A stretch of DNA of 64,000 nt from Myxococcota bacterium (GTDB lineage Bacteria > Myxococcota_A > UBA9042 > PHBI01 > JAWLBL01). Positions 1-10,221 of the stretch are shown here, in pieces. The notes below the pieces were generated by a model. The model was given only the letters and a program-made list of their open reading frames with translations, was not told where the DNA came from and searched no databases. A program made the position numbers and the translations under genes. How positions within the stretch are numbered: the stretch's first letter is position 1; each line of letters starts with the position of its first letter. The stretch lies in contig JAWLBL010000001.1 of the NCBI GenBank assembly GCA_041687695.1, positions 195,361 to 259,360 on the forward strand. The letters are read 5' to 3'.

Positions 1-2704
1 CCACTGCTCGCGCCGCGTCGATCAGGCCCTGCGCGCCGTCCCGGGCGTCGTCGACGCCGCCGTCGACCACGCGACGGACCGCGCCGTCGTCACCCACACC
101 GCGGGGACCACCGTCGACGCGCTGGTCCAGGCCGTCGAGGCCGCCGGTTACGAGGCCGCGCCCGAGGCCGACACCGACGGCGAGCCCGCCGCAGCCGGGG
201 AGGTCGCGCCGGCGCCCGCGCCCTCCCACGAGCCCGACGAGGCGCCCTCCCCCACCCCGGCCGTCACGGCCCTGGCCACGGCACGCCTGGACGTCTCGGG
301 CATGCACTGCGCCAGCTGCGTCGCCAGCATCGAAGGCGCGCTGAAGGCCTACGACGGGGTCCACGACGCCGCGGTCGACCTGCTCGGCGAGCGCGCCGAG
401 GTCCGCTACGACCCGACCGTCGTCTCGCCCCACGATCTGGCGGCCCAGGTGAACCGCCTCGGTTACCAGGCCCGGGTCGCGACCCAACGCCCGCTGCATC
501 GCCGCGCGGCCGACGAGGACCAGCGCATGCACGGCCGCGAGCGGCTGCTGCGTTGGAAGATCGCGTTCGCCCTGACGGTCGGCGCGGCCGCGATGGTCCT
601 GTCCATGCCGCTGATGCACGCCCCGGCGGGCGCGGCCGTGCACGACCCGCTGATGGTCGTCACGATGCCGCTCGACGCCTGGCTGCGCGGCGCCCTGCCC
701 GGGCTCTACGCCCTGGACCACGGCGCGCTGCGCTGGCTGCTGCTGGCCCTCACCTTCCCGGTCCTGGTCTGGTCCGGCGCCGACTTCCTGGTCCGCGCCG
801 TCCAGGGCGCCCGCCGCGGCTCGGTCGACATGAACACGCTCATCGCGCTCGGCACCGGCGCGGCGTTCGGGTTCAGCGCCTTCGTCACCGTGGCCCCCGG
901 GCTGCTCGAGCGCCACGGACTGCCGCCCCACGTCTGGTTCGAGGCCGTGCCCTGGGTCATCGGCCTGGTCCTGCTGGGCAACCTGTTCGAGCAGCGCGCC
1001 CGCCGCGAGACCGGCGAGGCGGTGCGCGCCCTGGCCGAGCTGATGCCGCCCACCGCCCGCGTCGTGCGCGACGGGGCCGAGGTCGAGGTCCCCATCGAGG
1101 AGGTCCTGCCCGGCGACCGCGTCCGCGTCCGCCCCGGCGAGCGCGTCCCGGTCGACGGCCGCGTCGAGGTCGGGCGGGCCAGCGTGGACGAGGCCATGCT
1201 GACCGGAGAGGCCCTGCCCGTCCCCAAGGGCCCCGGGGACCTGGTCCTGACCGGCACCTTCGACCACGACGGCGCCCTGACCGTGCGCGCCCTGGCCGTC
1301 GCGGGCGAGACGACCCTGGACCGCATCGTCGCCCTGGTCGAGCAGGCCCAGGCCACCAAGCCGGCCATCCAGCGCGTGGCCGATCGGGTCGCCGGCGTCT
1401 TCGTCCCGGTCGTCCTCGTCGTGGCCGCGCTCGCCGCGCTGGCCTGGGCCCTGCTAGGCCCGGCGCCGGGCGCCCTGCACGCGCTCGAGGCCGCGATGAC
1501 CGTCCTCATCATCGCCTGCCCGTGCGCCATGGGCCTGGCCGTCCCCACCGCCGTGGCCGTCGCGGTCGGCCGCGCCGCGGGGCTCGGGCTGGTCGTGCGC
1601 AGCGGCGACGCCCTCGAGCGGGCGCGGCGGGTGACCACCGTCGTGCTGGACAAGACCGGCACGCTGACCCGGGGCCAGCCCGTCGTGGCGTCGTTCCAGC
1701 GGCTGCCCGGCGCCCCGGACGAGGCCGAGCTGGCCGCCCTCGCCGGCGCCGCCGAGGCCCAGAGCGAGCACCCGCTGGCCCGCGCCATCGTGGACTGGGC
1801 GCGCGCGCGCGTGGCCTCGGAGATGGCGCTGCCCGAGGCGACGGAGGTCGTCGCCAGCCCAGGGCGCGGTCTTCGCGCGCTGGTCCGCGGCCGCGCCGTG
1901 GCCATCGGGACGCTGGCCTGGGTCGCCGGAGAGGGCGAGGTCGGCCCGGAGCTGCTCCAGCTGGCCGACGACCTCGGCGCCCGAGGGCAGACGCCGGTCG
2001 CCGTCGCGGTCGACGGAGCCGCGGTCGCCTTGTTCGGGCTCGAGGACGCGCTCGAGCCGACCAGCGCCGGCGCGGTCGCCCGTCTGCGCGCGTTGGGCCT
2101 CGAGGTGGTCCTGCTGACCGGCGACCGGCGTCCGGCGGCCCAGGCCATCGCCGCCCGCGCGGGGATCACGCGCGTGGTCGCCGAGGCCCTGCCCGAGGAC
2201 AAGGCCGCCGAGATCCAGGCGCTGCGCGACCGGGGCGAGGTCGTGGCCATGGTCGGCGACGGCATCAACGACGCGCCGGCCCTGGCGGCCGCCGACGTGG
2301 GCCTGGCGATGGGCTCGGGGACGCAGGTGGCCGTCGCCAGCGCCGACGTCACCGTGATGACGCGCGATCTCGGCGCCGTCGCGGACTTCGTCGCCCTGTC
2401 CCGGCAGACCCACCGCGTGGTCCGGCAGAACCTGGGCTGGGCCTTCGGCTACAACGCGCTGGGCATCCCCATCGCGGCGGGCGCGCTGTATCCGACGCTG
2501 GGCATGGCGCTGTCGCCAGTCTTCGCCAGCGCGGCCATGGCCTTCAGCTCGGTGAGCGTGGTCGGCAACTCGCTACGGCTTCGCGGGGCGCGCCTCGGCC
2601 GGGTGCGCCGCGGGCTCGCCGTCGCCGCCGCCCCCGGCCCCGGCCTGATCGGCCAGGGCCACGCGCCCGACGGTGGGGCGCAGGCGCTCGAGGACCGCGC
2701 GTAG
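1..2704 (+). CDS. copA: Heavy-metal (Cu+) translocating P1B-type ATPase, 5'-truncated at the window edge
   Basis: Motifs GMHCASC (HMA), TGE, CPC, DKTGT, SEHPL, GDGIND, YN and MAFSS. The frame stays open upstream of 302 back to position 2 (HCSRRVDQALRAVPGV...AVEAAGYEA), which gives a further HMA domain. Confidence 0.93.
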   Translation, partial: HCSRRVDQALRAVPGVVDAAVDHATDRAVVTHTAGTTVDALVQAVEAAGYEAAPEADTDGEPAAAGEVAPAPAPSHEPDEAPSPTPAVTALATARLDVSGMHCASCVASIEGALKAYDGVHDAAVDLLGERAEVRYDPTVVSPHDLAAQVNRLGYQARVATQRPLHRRAADEDQRMHGRERLLRWKIAFALTVGAAAMVLSMPLMHAPAGAAVHDPLMVVTMPLDAWLRGALPGLYALDHGALRWLLLALTFPVLVWSGADFLVRAVQGARRGSVDMNTLIALGTGAAFGFSAFVTVAPGLLERHGLPPHVWFEAVPWVIGLVLLGNLFEQRARRETGEAVRALAELMPPTARVVRDGAEVEVPIEEVLPGDRVRVRPGERVPVDGRVEVGRASVDEAMLTGEALPVPKGPGDLVLTGTFDHDGALTVRALAVAGETTLDRIVALVEQAQATKPAIQRVADRVAGVFVPVVLVVAALAALAWALLGPAPGALHALEAAMTVLIIACPCAMGLAVPTAVAVAVGRAAGLGLVVRSGDALERARRVTTVVLDKTGTLTRGQPVVASFQRLPGAPDEAELAALAGAAEAQSEHPLARAIVDWARARVASEMALPEATEVVASPGRGLRALVRGRAVAIGTLAWVAGEGEVGPELLQLADDLGARGQTPVAVAVDGAAVALFGLEDALEPTSAGAVARLRALGLEVVLLTGDRRPAAQAIAARAGITRVVAEALPEDKAAEIQALRDRGEVVAMVGDGINDAPALAAADVGLAMGSGTQVAVASADVTVMTRDLGAVADFVALSRQTHRVVRQNLGWAFGYNALGIPIAAGALYPTLGMALSPVFASAAMAFSSVSVVGNSLRLRGARLGRVRRGLAVAAAPGPGLIGQGHAPDGGAQALEDRA

Positions 2705-4474
2705 GGTCGCCTCGAGCTCGCGCAGCCGCCCGGCGGCTTCGGGCTGGGTGACCGAGCGCTGCAGGGCGTGCAGCGGGCTCTCGGGGTCGGCCGACACAAG
2801 GCGCGCCAGCGTCAAGGCCGCCTGGACGACGCCGGCCTCGTGGGGCTCGGTCGCGGTCGGCACCGACAGCGGCGAGGGCGAGCTGGCCGAGGCGCGGCCC
2901 GTGGTGGCCGCGGTCCGGACCGAGGCGACGCGATCGCGGCCGCTCTGCTTGGCGGCGTACAGGGCCTGGTCGGCGCGACGGACCAGCTCCTCGGCGTCGA
3001 GGGCGTCGGCCGGGCAGCAGGCGACGCCCACGCTGACGGTCACCGACAACGCCGCCAGGCCCGCGCCGCAGTTGGTCGGCGCGTGCACCGGCGCGCCGCG
3101 CACCAGCGCACGGATCTTGTCGGCGGCCTGCAGGGCCTCGTCCGGACCGGTGCTGGGCAGGATGATCACGAACTCTTCGCCGCCGTAGCGCGCCACGAGA
3201 TCGCTGGCTCGGGTCGCCTGGCCCAGGCGGCGCGCGATCTCGCGAAGGACGGCGTCCCCGGTCGGGTGGCCGAAGGTGTCGTTGACCTCCTTGAAGTGGT
3301 CGAGGTCCAGCATGAGGAGCGCGAACGAGCCGCCGTAGCGCTCGGCCCGCTTGAGCTCGCTGCGCAGGTGCTCCTGGCAGTAGCCGCGGTTGTACAGCCC
3401 CGTCAGCGGGTCGATGATGGCGGCCAGGAAGGCCTGATCGCGCGCCACCTGCATGGTCCGCAGGCGCTCCTGGCGGCGCAGGACCCCCGAGACGCGGGCC
3501 TCGAGCTCCGTCGGCGGGACGTCGGCGGGCAGGTAGTCCTCGACGCCCGCCTCGAAGGCGCGGATGCGGTGGGCCGCGCTGGGGGCGTCGTCCATCACGA
3601 CGACGCCGGCGGGCATGGCCTCGGCGGCGAGGGCCTCGAAGGCGCCGTAGGACACGATCAGCGCGCGGCGGCCCTGCCGTCCGCCGGCGTCGAGGGCCTG
3701 GGCCTCGGCGAGGTGGGCGACGGCGCGGCGGAGATCGCGCTCGGTGACCACGCGCGTGCGCTCGAAGCCGTCGAGGGTCGCGGCCACGCGCGCGCGGACC
3801 GACGGGTTGTCGTGGGCGACGACCACCACGTCGCGCGGCTCGCCGTCGTCGGCGCCCCGGGGGGCCTCGTCGTCGGCGAACATCCGCGAGATGGCCTCGC
3901 GCTGGGCCGACAGACGGCCGCGCAGCTCGCCGAGCGCGATGAGCGACCGGACGCGCGCGACCAGCTCGCCGTCGCTGACGGACTTGGTCAGGAAGTCGTC
4001 GGCGCCGGCCTCGAGGCCCTCGACCGTGTCGTCGGTCGAGTCGAGGCTGGTGAGGAGCAGGATCGGCGTCTGCCGGGTGCGGGGCCGCGCGCGCAGGGCC
4101 CGGGTGAGCGCGAGGCCGTCGAGGTCGGGCATGCGCACGTCGACGATGACGAGATCGATGGCCTCGGGGTCGGCCTCGGCGCGCTCGAGCGCGGCACGCC
4201 CCGAGTCGCAGGTCAGCACCTCGAGGCCGGCGCGGGAGAGCTTGTCGCGCAGCACCTCGAGGACCAGCGGGCTGTCGTCGACGAGCAGCACCCGGCCATC
4301 GCCCTCGACGGCGGGCCGAGGCGGGTGCACGGCCATCAGCTCGCGGGTCGTGCGGAACAGCCACGACAGCTCGGAGCCGCCGCCGCCGCGCCGCCCGTGA
4401 GGCCCGGAGGACGCCGGGCCGGGTCGGGCCGCCGCGGTGGAGGTCCTGGGATCGTCGTCGCCGGATGCCGCCAT
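2573..4474 (-). CDS. PleD-like response-regulator diguanylate cyclase (REC-REC-like-GGDEF)
   Basis: VLLVDDS...DVRMPDLDG...AGADDFLTK receiver domain, then DPLTGLYN, DLDHFKEVNDTFGH and RYGGEEF. The start is uncertain (ATG 4474 or 4336). Confidence 0.88.
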   Translation of the reverse strand: MAASGDDDPRTSTAAARPGPASSGPHGRRGGGGSELSWLFRTTRELMAVHPPRPAVEGDGRVLLVDDSPLVLEVLRDKLSRAGLEVLTCDSGRAALERAEADPEAIDLVIVDVRMPDLDGLALTRALRARPRTRQTPILLLTSLDSTDDTVEGLEAGADDFLTKSVSDGELVARVRSLIALGELRGRLSAQREAISRMFADDEAPRGADDGEPRDVVVVAHDNPSVRARVAATLDGFERTRVVTERDLRRAVAHLAEAQALDAGGRQGRRALIVSYGAFEALAAEAMPAGVVVMDDAPSAAHRIRAFEAGVEDYLPADVPPTELEARVSGVLRRQERLRTMQVARDQAFLAAIIDPLTGLYNRGYCQEHLRSELKRAERYGGSFALLMLDLDHFKEVNDTFGHPTGDAVLREIARRLGQATRASDLVARYGGEEFVIILPSTGPDEALQAADKIRALVRGAPVHAPTNCGAGLAALSVTVSVGVACCPADALDAEELVRRADQALYAAKQSGRDRVASVRTAATTGRASASSPSPLSVPTATEPHEAGVVQAALTLARLVSADPESPLHALQRSVTQPEAAGRLRELEATLRAVLERLRPTVGRVALADQAGAGGGGDGEPAAHPAEARPAKP

Positions 4475-4608
4475 GCCCACGGAACGCCCTCGAGGCCCGG
4501 AGAAATCCCGGCTGCCCGCGCCGATCTCCATCGCCGGCGGACGCCCAGCCTGGGTCCCGACGTCGTCCGCGCCTGGGGGCGAGGCGCCGGGTCTGCGCAG
4601 CCCGCGGC

Positions 4609-4989
4609 TCATCCCGGCCGATCGTAGTAGAAGCGTTCGTGGACGACGAAGCCGTCGAGCCAGCGGCGCACGGCGACCTGCTCCATCACCAGGCGCGTTC
4701 CGGTCCGGAGGTCGAACGCGTAGCGCCACTCGGACAGGGTCACGTCGTCGCCTACGGCGGTGGACAGCAGCGTCACCTCGTCGATGCGCGCGACCTCGTT
4801 CAGGAAGCCCTCCTGGCGCTGCCGATTGCTCGCCTTGCCTTCGGTCGCCGGGGCCCCGGGCTCTTGCATGATCACGTGCTCGGCGTAGTGGCGCTCGAAC
4901 GCGTCGAGCAGCCGGCCCTCGAGGATGAGGGCGTTCAGCGCACGCTCGCGCGCGACCAGCGCGTCGCGCGCCGGCGGGGATCGATCCAT
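4609..4989 (-). CDS. NTF2/SnoaL-like small protein
   Basis: GGAGG precedes ATG 4989. The pattern AFERHYAEHV..QE...EQVAVRRW.DG.VVHERFYYD is typical of SnoaL-like proteins. Confidence 0.8.
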   Translation of the reverse strand: MDRSPPARDALVARERALNALILEGRLLDAFERHYAEHVIMQEPGAPATEGKASNRQRQEGFLNEVARIDEVTLLSTAVGDDVTLSEWRYAFDLRTGTRLVMEQVAVRRWLDGFVVHERFYYDRPG

Positions 4990-5032
4990 GCAGCCTCCGT
5001 GGGGATGGGCCACGCGTACCGCAAAAGCGCAA

Positions 5033-6187
5033 TCACCGCCAGAGGGGGTCCCGCGAGATCGGGTAATCGTGCAGGTCCTGCGGCACGAGCGGCCACTGGC
5101 CGGGGGCGTCCGGATCGAAGACCGGGTAGCGCCCGGCGTCGATGGCCTCGCGCGTGGTCAGCACGGGGCCGGCGTCGAGGGTGCGGATCCAGTAGAGGTC
5201 GGGCGGCAGGATGTCCTGGCGGGGCACGTCCAGCGGCTCGCCGTACGCGGTCGCGAGCAGCATGGCCGGGAAGTTCGCGCCGGCGGCCGTGTAGAAGTAG
5301 TGGGTCGTGCCGAAGCGGCCTGCGTTCAGCTCGGTGATGCGGGGGCGACCGTCGGCGTCGCCCTTGAGATCGACGAAGCAGACGCCGGTGAAGGCGCGGT
5401 CGAGGGCGAGGGCGGCGGCCTCGCCGATCCGGTTGAGCTCGGGGTCGTGGACGGTGTGGCTGATGGCCGGGGCGCCGGTGATCCCGGACGGGCTGACGTG
5501 CGGGATGACGTAGGCGAGGCGGCGGCGGCCCTGGCTGGTGACGAGGCGCCCGGCGTCGAACAGGCCCATCCAGGTCAGGTTGTCGCCGGGCAGGAACTCG
5601 GAGGCGATCATGCCGCCCCAGCCATTCCAGTAGTCGACCCAATGGATGGCCTGGTCGACGGTGCGGCACGGCAGGCTGGCGACGCCGATGCCCTTGCCCG
5701 GGATGCCGGCGCCGCGGACCCAGACGGGCGCGTCCGGCTCGCGCTGCAGCCGCGGGAAGACGGCGCGCAGGGTCGCGGGGGCGTCGATGAGGTGCGTCTC
5801 GGGCACCGGGAGGCCGGCGTCGCGCCAGATCTCGTGGCTGGCCCACTTGCTGTCGGCCAGGGCGAGCGTGGCCGGATCGGGCAGGAAGACGCGGGCTTGC
5901 AGGCGATCGCGCGCCTCGCTCAGGGCGGCTATCTCGATGGACCCGTTGGGCATCACGAAGTCGATGGCGTGCGTGTCGACGAGGCGGTTCAAGGCGTCGA
6001 GGAAGGCCTCGCGGTCGCGGGTCCGCGGGACCAGGGCCCGTACGTGGCCGAGCGCGAGGAACGCGTAGTAGGGTGACGCCTCCACGCACGCAACGAACGG
6101 ACAGGGTGTCATCGCCAGCAGCGACCGTGTCAGGTTGACCGCGCCGGGTCCGCCCGCGCTGGTCACCAGGATGCGTCGTCGCGTCAT
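5033..6187 (-). CDS. ATP-grasp protein (carbamoyl-phosphate synthase large-subunit-like family)
   Basis: N-terminal ILVTSAGGPG, then SEFLPG and VDLKGD..G.PRITELNAGRFG. A GGAGGGGG SD lies upstream. Confidence 0.8.
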   Translation of the reverse strand: MTRRRILVTSAGGPGAVNLTRSLLAMTPCPFVACVEASPYYAFLALGHVRALVPRTRDREAFLDALNRLVDTHAIDFVMPNGSIEIAALSEARDRLQARVFLPDPATLALADSKWASHEIWRDAGLPVPETHLIDAPATLRAVFPRLQREPDAPVWVRGAGIPGKGIGVASLPCRTVDQAIHWVDYWNGWGGMIASEFLPGDNLTWMGLFDAGRLVTSQGRRRLAYVIPHVSPSGITGAPAISHTVHDPELNRIGEAAALALDRAFTGVCFVDLKGDADGRPRITELNAGRFGTTHYFYTAAGANFPAMLLATAYGEPLDVPRQDILPPDLYWIRTLDAGPVLTTREAIDAGRYPVFDPDAPGQWPLVPQDLHDYPISRDPLWR

Positions 6188-6278
6188 CGCTCCCCCCTCC
6201 CTCGGGACGGCCGAAACCCTCCGGGGCCGGCCCTCGGAGCGGCCATCTTAGGGGCTCCGGGGCAGCGGGGGAATCAAG

Positions 6279-6310
6279 TTGACAGCCTTCCGAACCGACG
6301 AGTAGAAGCG
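6279..6310 (+). promoter_or_regulatory. Putative sigma70-type promoter of the 6317 operon
   Basis: TTGACA at 6279-6284, followed 18 nt later by TAGAAG, just ahead of ATG 6317 in a divergent intergenic region. Confidence 0.4.
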
Positions 6311-6316
6311 CCACCA

Positions 6317-7672
6317 ATGTCGGACCACACGCCGCGCACTGACATCCAGAGCCCGAAGCACCTCGCCGCCGCGGGCGGCCCGGGTGCGCGGATGAACGTC
6401 CTGTCCTACGAGCTGGGCCGACTCCGGCAGACCCTGCCGCTGCTCGTCAGCCGCTGCATGGCCTACAGCGCCATGTCGCGCTTCGACGACGAGCTCATCG
6501 CCGCGGTCAAGGAGTTCTACGGGCTCGAGCTCGACGTCGCGACCGCCGAGGCCGAGATCCTGGAGGAGGAGGACGAGCGGGTCCGCTTCTTCCCGTGGTT
6601 CCTGTGGGACTGGCGATCGGGCGCCGGCGGCGGCAAGGACGTCGCCATGCGCACCATCGGCGAGCGCTACATGGACGAGCCGGGGCACGGACTGCACGAG
6701 CTGAAGCTGCTGCAGGCCCTGTGCGCCTCGTACGTGGGCTTCTACGAGGCGCTCGAGGACGCGTCCGCCGTGGGCGTCCGCCTGCGTGATCTGGCGAGCG
6801 GCGAGATCCTCCGCGTGTCGGACGAGGGCCTGGCCGGCGACGTGTTCTCGGGCCACATCGTTCAGGCGCGCCTGCTCCGCATCCCGGCCAGCGACGGGCC
6901 GTGCGTCCTGGTCGACGCCATCTACGCGACCCTGCCCCCCGAGGCCCGCCCGGCCATCCAGGTCGAGCTCGAGAGCCTGGGCGCGACCGACGGCGATCCG
7001 GCGGCCTGCCTGAAGACCTATGTCGCCGAGATGCTTCACTTCGCCGACCACCTGCTCGAGACGTTGGCGCGCCCGCCCGAGGCCGACAACGGCGACGGCG
7101 ATCCGATGATCCTGTCGCGCAGCCGGCTGGCCGGGGCCGACGCGGCGACGGTCACGCGCGCGTTGGCCGCTGGCGTCGAGGGCTTCTCGATGGTCGAGCC
7201 CGGTCTGTGGCAATACGCGCCGCTCGGCGCCCCGCGCGGCTTCGTCGACGCCCGCTCGCAGCGGCGCGTGGTCCTGGCGGCCAACAGCCCGACGCGGCTC
7301 GAGGCCCTCGAGGCGGCGATCTCGGGCGCCACCGAGGTCACCCGTCCCGCCCTGCGCAGCCTCGAGGAGTTCACCTCGGCCGTGCAGCGCTGGGCCGAGC
7401 ACGGCGGCGGCGACACCTGGCTGCGCCTCGATCCCGACGTGCCGCGCGCCGTCGCCGAGTGGTTCACCGCCTGGGTCCGACAGTGGCTCGACATGCCCTC
7501 GCCGATGCTGGGCGACCGCACCCCTCGCGAGGCCGTCGGGCACACCGACGGGCGCCGCCGCGTCGAGGCCCTGCTCAGCCGCTTCGAGCGCCTGCAGCTC
7601 GGCACGCTCGCCGCCGCCGCCGACGAGGCCGTGGTCACCCTCGAGCACGTCCGCCTCGAGCTGGGGCTCTGA
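6317..7672 (+). CDS. Hypothetical protein with C-terminal MbcA/ParS/Xre (DUF2384)-like motif
   Basis: Normal GC3-biased codon usage. The C-terminal WLDMPSPMLGDRTPREAV resembles the DUF2384-like tail. Confidence 0.6.
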   Translation: MSDHTPRTDIQSPKHLAAAGGPGARMNVLSYELGRLRQTLPLLVSRCMAYSAMSRFDDELIAAVKEFYGLELDVATAEAEILEEEDERVRFFPWFLWDWRSGAGGGKDVAMRTIGERYMDEPGHGLHELKLLQALCASYVGFYEALEDASAVGVRLRDLASGEILRVSDEGLAGDVFSGHIVQARLLRIPASDGPCVLVDAIYATLPPEARPAIQVELESLGATDGDPAACLKTYVAEMLHFADHLLETLARPPEADNGDGDPMILSRSRLAGADAATVTRALAAGVEGFSMVEPGLWQYAPLGAPRGFVDARSQRRVVLAANSPTRLEALEAAISGATEVTRPALRSLEEFTSAVQRWAEHGGGDTWLRLDPDVPRAVAEWFTAWVRQWLDMPSPMLGDRTPREAVGHTDGRRRVEALLSRFERLQLGTLAAAADEAVVTLEHVRLELGL

Positions 7673-7675
7673 CGG

Positions 7676-8089
7676 ATGCCCATGTCGCTCGAAGCGGGAC
7701 AGCAGGCTTCGCTCGCCAAGACCGTCACCGAGGCCGACGTGGTCCTCTTCGCCGGGCTGTCGCTCGACACCAACCCGGTGCACGTCGACGAGGGCTACGC
7801 CCGCACCACCCGGTTCGGCGGCCGCATCGTCCACGGGATGTGGACGGCCGGCCTCATCTCGGCCGTCATTGGCACGCGCCTGCCCGGGCCCGGGTCGATC
7901 TACCTCAGCCAGACGCTGAAGTTCCGCGCCCCGGTGCGCATCGGCGACACCATCACCGCGCGGGTCACGGTCAAGGCGGTCCGGCCGGACAAGCCCATCG
8001 TCACCCTCGAGACCGTCGCCGACAACCAACACGGAGAGCGCGTCGTCGAGGGCGAGGCCCTCATCCTGCTGGAGCCGCCGAACGCCTGA
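7676..8089 (+). CDS. MaoC/PhaJ-family (R)-enoyl-CoA hydratase
   Basis: FAGLSLDTNPVHVD...RIVHG...LPGPGSIYLSQTLKFRAPVRIGD hot-dog fold motif. Confidence 0.9.
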   Translation: MPMSLEAGQQASLAKTVTEADVVLFAGLSLDTNPVHVDEGYARTTRFGGRIVHGMWTAGLISAVIGTRLPGPGSIYLSQTLKFRAPVRIGDTITARVTVKAVRPDKPIVTLETVADNQHGERVVEGEALILLEPPNA

Positions 8090-8093
8090 CCCA

Positions 8094-9170
8094 ATGGACT
8101 GGCTGGATCACGTCACCTACGGCAACTCGCTGCGCACCTGGCTCCTGGCCCTGGTCGTGGCCGCCGCGACGTACGCCGGCCTCAAGGCGCTCGAGTGGCT
8201 GGTCCTCAAGCGCGTCGCGCAGTTCACCAAGGGCACGAAGAACCGGCTTGACGATCTGGCCCTCGGGGTCCTCGGGCACACGCGCCCGTGGTTCCTGGCC
8301 GTCATGGCCTTGTTCGCGGGCTCGCAGCTGCTCCTGCTGCCCGGCAAGGCGAGCAGCCTCGTCAGCCTCGTCGCGGTCCTGACGCTGGTGGCGCAGGCCA
8401 TCCTGTGGGGCAACGCCGCCATCGGCCTGTTCGTCGAGGACTACGCCGCGCGCCGCCTCGAGCACGACGCCGCCAGCGCCACCACCGTGAAGTTCCTGGG
8501 CTTTCTGGCGCGGCTGGTCCTCGTCGTCATCCTGCTCCTGGTGGCCCTCGACACGCTGGGCGTCGACATCACGGCGCTCGTCGCCGGCCTCGGCATCGGC
8601 GGCATCGCCATCGCGCTCGCCGCCCAGACCATCCTGGGCGATCTCTTCGCCTCGCTCTCCATCGTGCTCGACAAGCCGTTCGTCATCGGCGACTTCATCA
8701 TCGTCGACACGCTGATGGGCACCGTCGAGCACATCGGCCTCAAGACGACCCGCGTGCGCAGCCTGTCGGGCGAGCAGCTCGTCTTCGCGAACGCCGATCT
8801 CCTCAAGAGCCGCGTCCGCAACTACAAGCGGATGTTCGAGCGGCGCATCGTGTTCGGCTTCGGCGTCACCTACGACACGCCGCCCGAGACCCTGCGCCGC
8901 ATCCCCGAGCTGTGCCGCCAGCTGGTCGAGGCCTTGCCCGACACGCGCTTCGACCGTGCCCACTTCGCCAAGTTCGGCCCGTCGTCGCTGGACTTCGAGG
9001 TCGTCTACTACCTGCTCGTCCCCGACTACGGCGTCTACATGGACCGCCAGCAGGCCATCAACCTGGGCCTGGTCGAAGGCCTCGCCGAGCTGCAGGTCGA
9101 GTTCGCCTTCCCGACCCAGACCCTGTACGTCAAGCCCGAGCCCAGCGAGCCGCCCGCGCAGGGACGCTGA
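8094..9170 (+). CDS. MscS-family mechanosensitive ion channel
   Basis: AGLGIGGIAIALAAQ...DKPFVIGDFI...GTVEHIGLKTT...FAFPTQ. Confidence 0.93.
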   Translation: MDWLDHVTYGNSLRTWLLALVVAAATYAGLKALEWLVLKRVAQFTKGTKNRLDDLALGVLGHTRPWFLAVMALFAGSQLLLLPGKASSLVSLVAVLTLVAQAILWGNAAIGLFVEDYAARRLEHDAASATTVKFLGFLARLVLVVILLLVALDTLGVDITALVAGLGIGGIAIALAAQTILGDLFASLSIVLDKPFVIGDFIIVDTLMGTVEHIGLKTTRVRSLSGEQLVFANADLLKSRVRNYKRMFERRIVFGFGVTYDTPPETLRRIPELCRQLVEALPDTRFDRAHFAKFGPSSLDFEVVYYLLVPDYGVYMDRQQAINLGLVEGLAELQVEFAFPTQTLYVKPEPSEPPAQGR

Positions 9171-9180
9171 CCGGCCCGCC

Positions 9181-9432
9181 TCAGCCCGGCTCGGCCGCCA
9201 GGTCCTCGCCCAGCTCGAAGTACTTGCAGAAGGCCAGCGCGCCGCTGGGTTCGATGGCGCGGTGCTCGCCCACCAGGAAGTGGTTCGGGTAGCCCATCGA
9301 GCAGCTCCAGCTGGCCCGGTGCAGGTGGGCGCAGCCGTCGCAGCGGAACACCAGGCCGTAACGCGCCGCCTCCTCGCGGAAGCGCTCGTTGGCGCCCGCG
9401 ATGTCGCGCAGATCGTCGTCGGTCGCCCTCAT
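9181..9432 (-). CDS. Small Cys-rich hypothetical protein (83 aa)
   Basis: The ATG overlaps the upstream stop (ATGA at 9429-9432). Sequence FRCDGCAH...CSMGYP...FCKYFEL. It forms the 3' part of track ORF 9181..10062. Confidence 0.7.
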   Translation of the reverse strand: MRATDDDLRDIAGANERFREEAARYGLVFRCDGCAHLHRASWSCSMGYPNHFLVGEHRAIEPSGALAFCKYFELGEDLAAEPG

Positions 9433-10154
9433 GGCCGCTGCTCCTCGAGCCGGGTCTTCTGCGCCATCCACGCGTCCCGCTGCGCCGGCGTCGAGATGCG
9501 CCGCCCCGCCCGCGCGTGGGCCGCCAGGCGGCGCTGCGGGTCGGGCGTCAGCTCGGCCTCGACCCACGCCGCGAGGAACCCCTCGTCGCCCAGGGCCGGC
9601 AGCAGCTCGCGCGCCTCGTCCACGCGCCCGGCGTCCAGCAGCAGCAGGGCCGCGAAGGGCGTCAGCCCCCCGACCTCGCCCGCCGCCAGCGGCCGCCGCG
9701 CCCAGCGCAGCGCCACCTCCGGACGCCCGCCGCGGCACGCCGTCCACGCCAGCGCCGCCTGCACCGGCCGCGCCGGCTCGAGCTGCTCGTCGCCGACCCG
9801 CAGCGCCGGCGTCCGCCCCAGCACGTGCCGGGTCAGAAACCGCTGCGCCGACTTCGCGTCCACCGCGCGGCCGCCCGCCGGGTGGAACACGCGCCGCGCC
9901 TCGCCCAGCAGCCGGTCCAGCGCCCGCGCCAGCGCGTCGTGGGCCCGCCCGAGCCGCTTCGGGTCGCTGCCCGCCCGGTCCATCGCGACGAACGCGCTCC
10001 GATAGGGCGCCAGCTGGCGGACCGGGTCCTTGGGGCCCGGCAGGTGCTCGAGCAGCGCGCACGGCTCGCCCCCCGCCGGGGGCGCGGCGAGGGCGGGCCC
10101 GACCGCGAGGGTCGCGAGCAGTGAGGCCAAGACGAGACGGCGGGCGGGTGTCAC
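9429..10154 (-). CDS. Exported hypothetical protein
   Basis: GTG 10154 gives the signal peptide RRLVLASLLATLAVGPALA. TAGCTT lies 7 nt upstream. Confidence 0.6.
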   Translation of the reverse strand: MTPARRLVLASLLATLAVGPALAAPPAGGEPCALLEHLPGPKDPVRQLAPYRSAFVAMDRAGSDPKRLGRAHDALARALDRLLGEARRVFHPAGGRAVDAKSAQRFLTRHVLGRTPALRVGDEQLEPARPVQAALAWTACRGGRPEVALRWARRPLAAGEVGGLTPFAALLLLDAGRVDEARELLPALGDEGFLAAWVEAELTPDPQRRLAAHARAGRRISTPAQRDAWMAQKTRLEEQRP

Positions 10155-10221
10155 GAGGCGAAAGCTAGCCCGCACGGTGCCGGCTTGCCAAGCCTCGGCG
10201 CGGGCCCGATACTCGGCGGCC

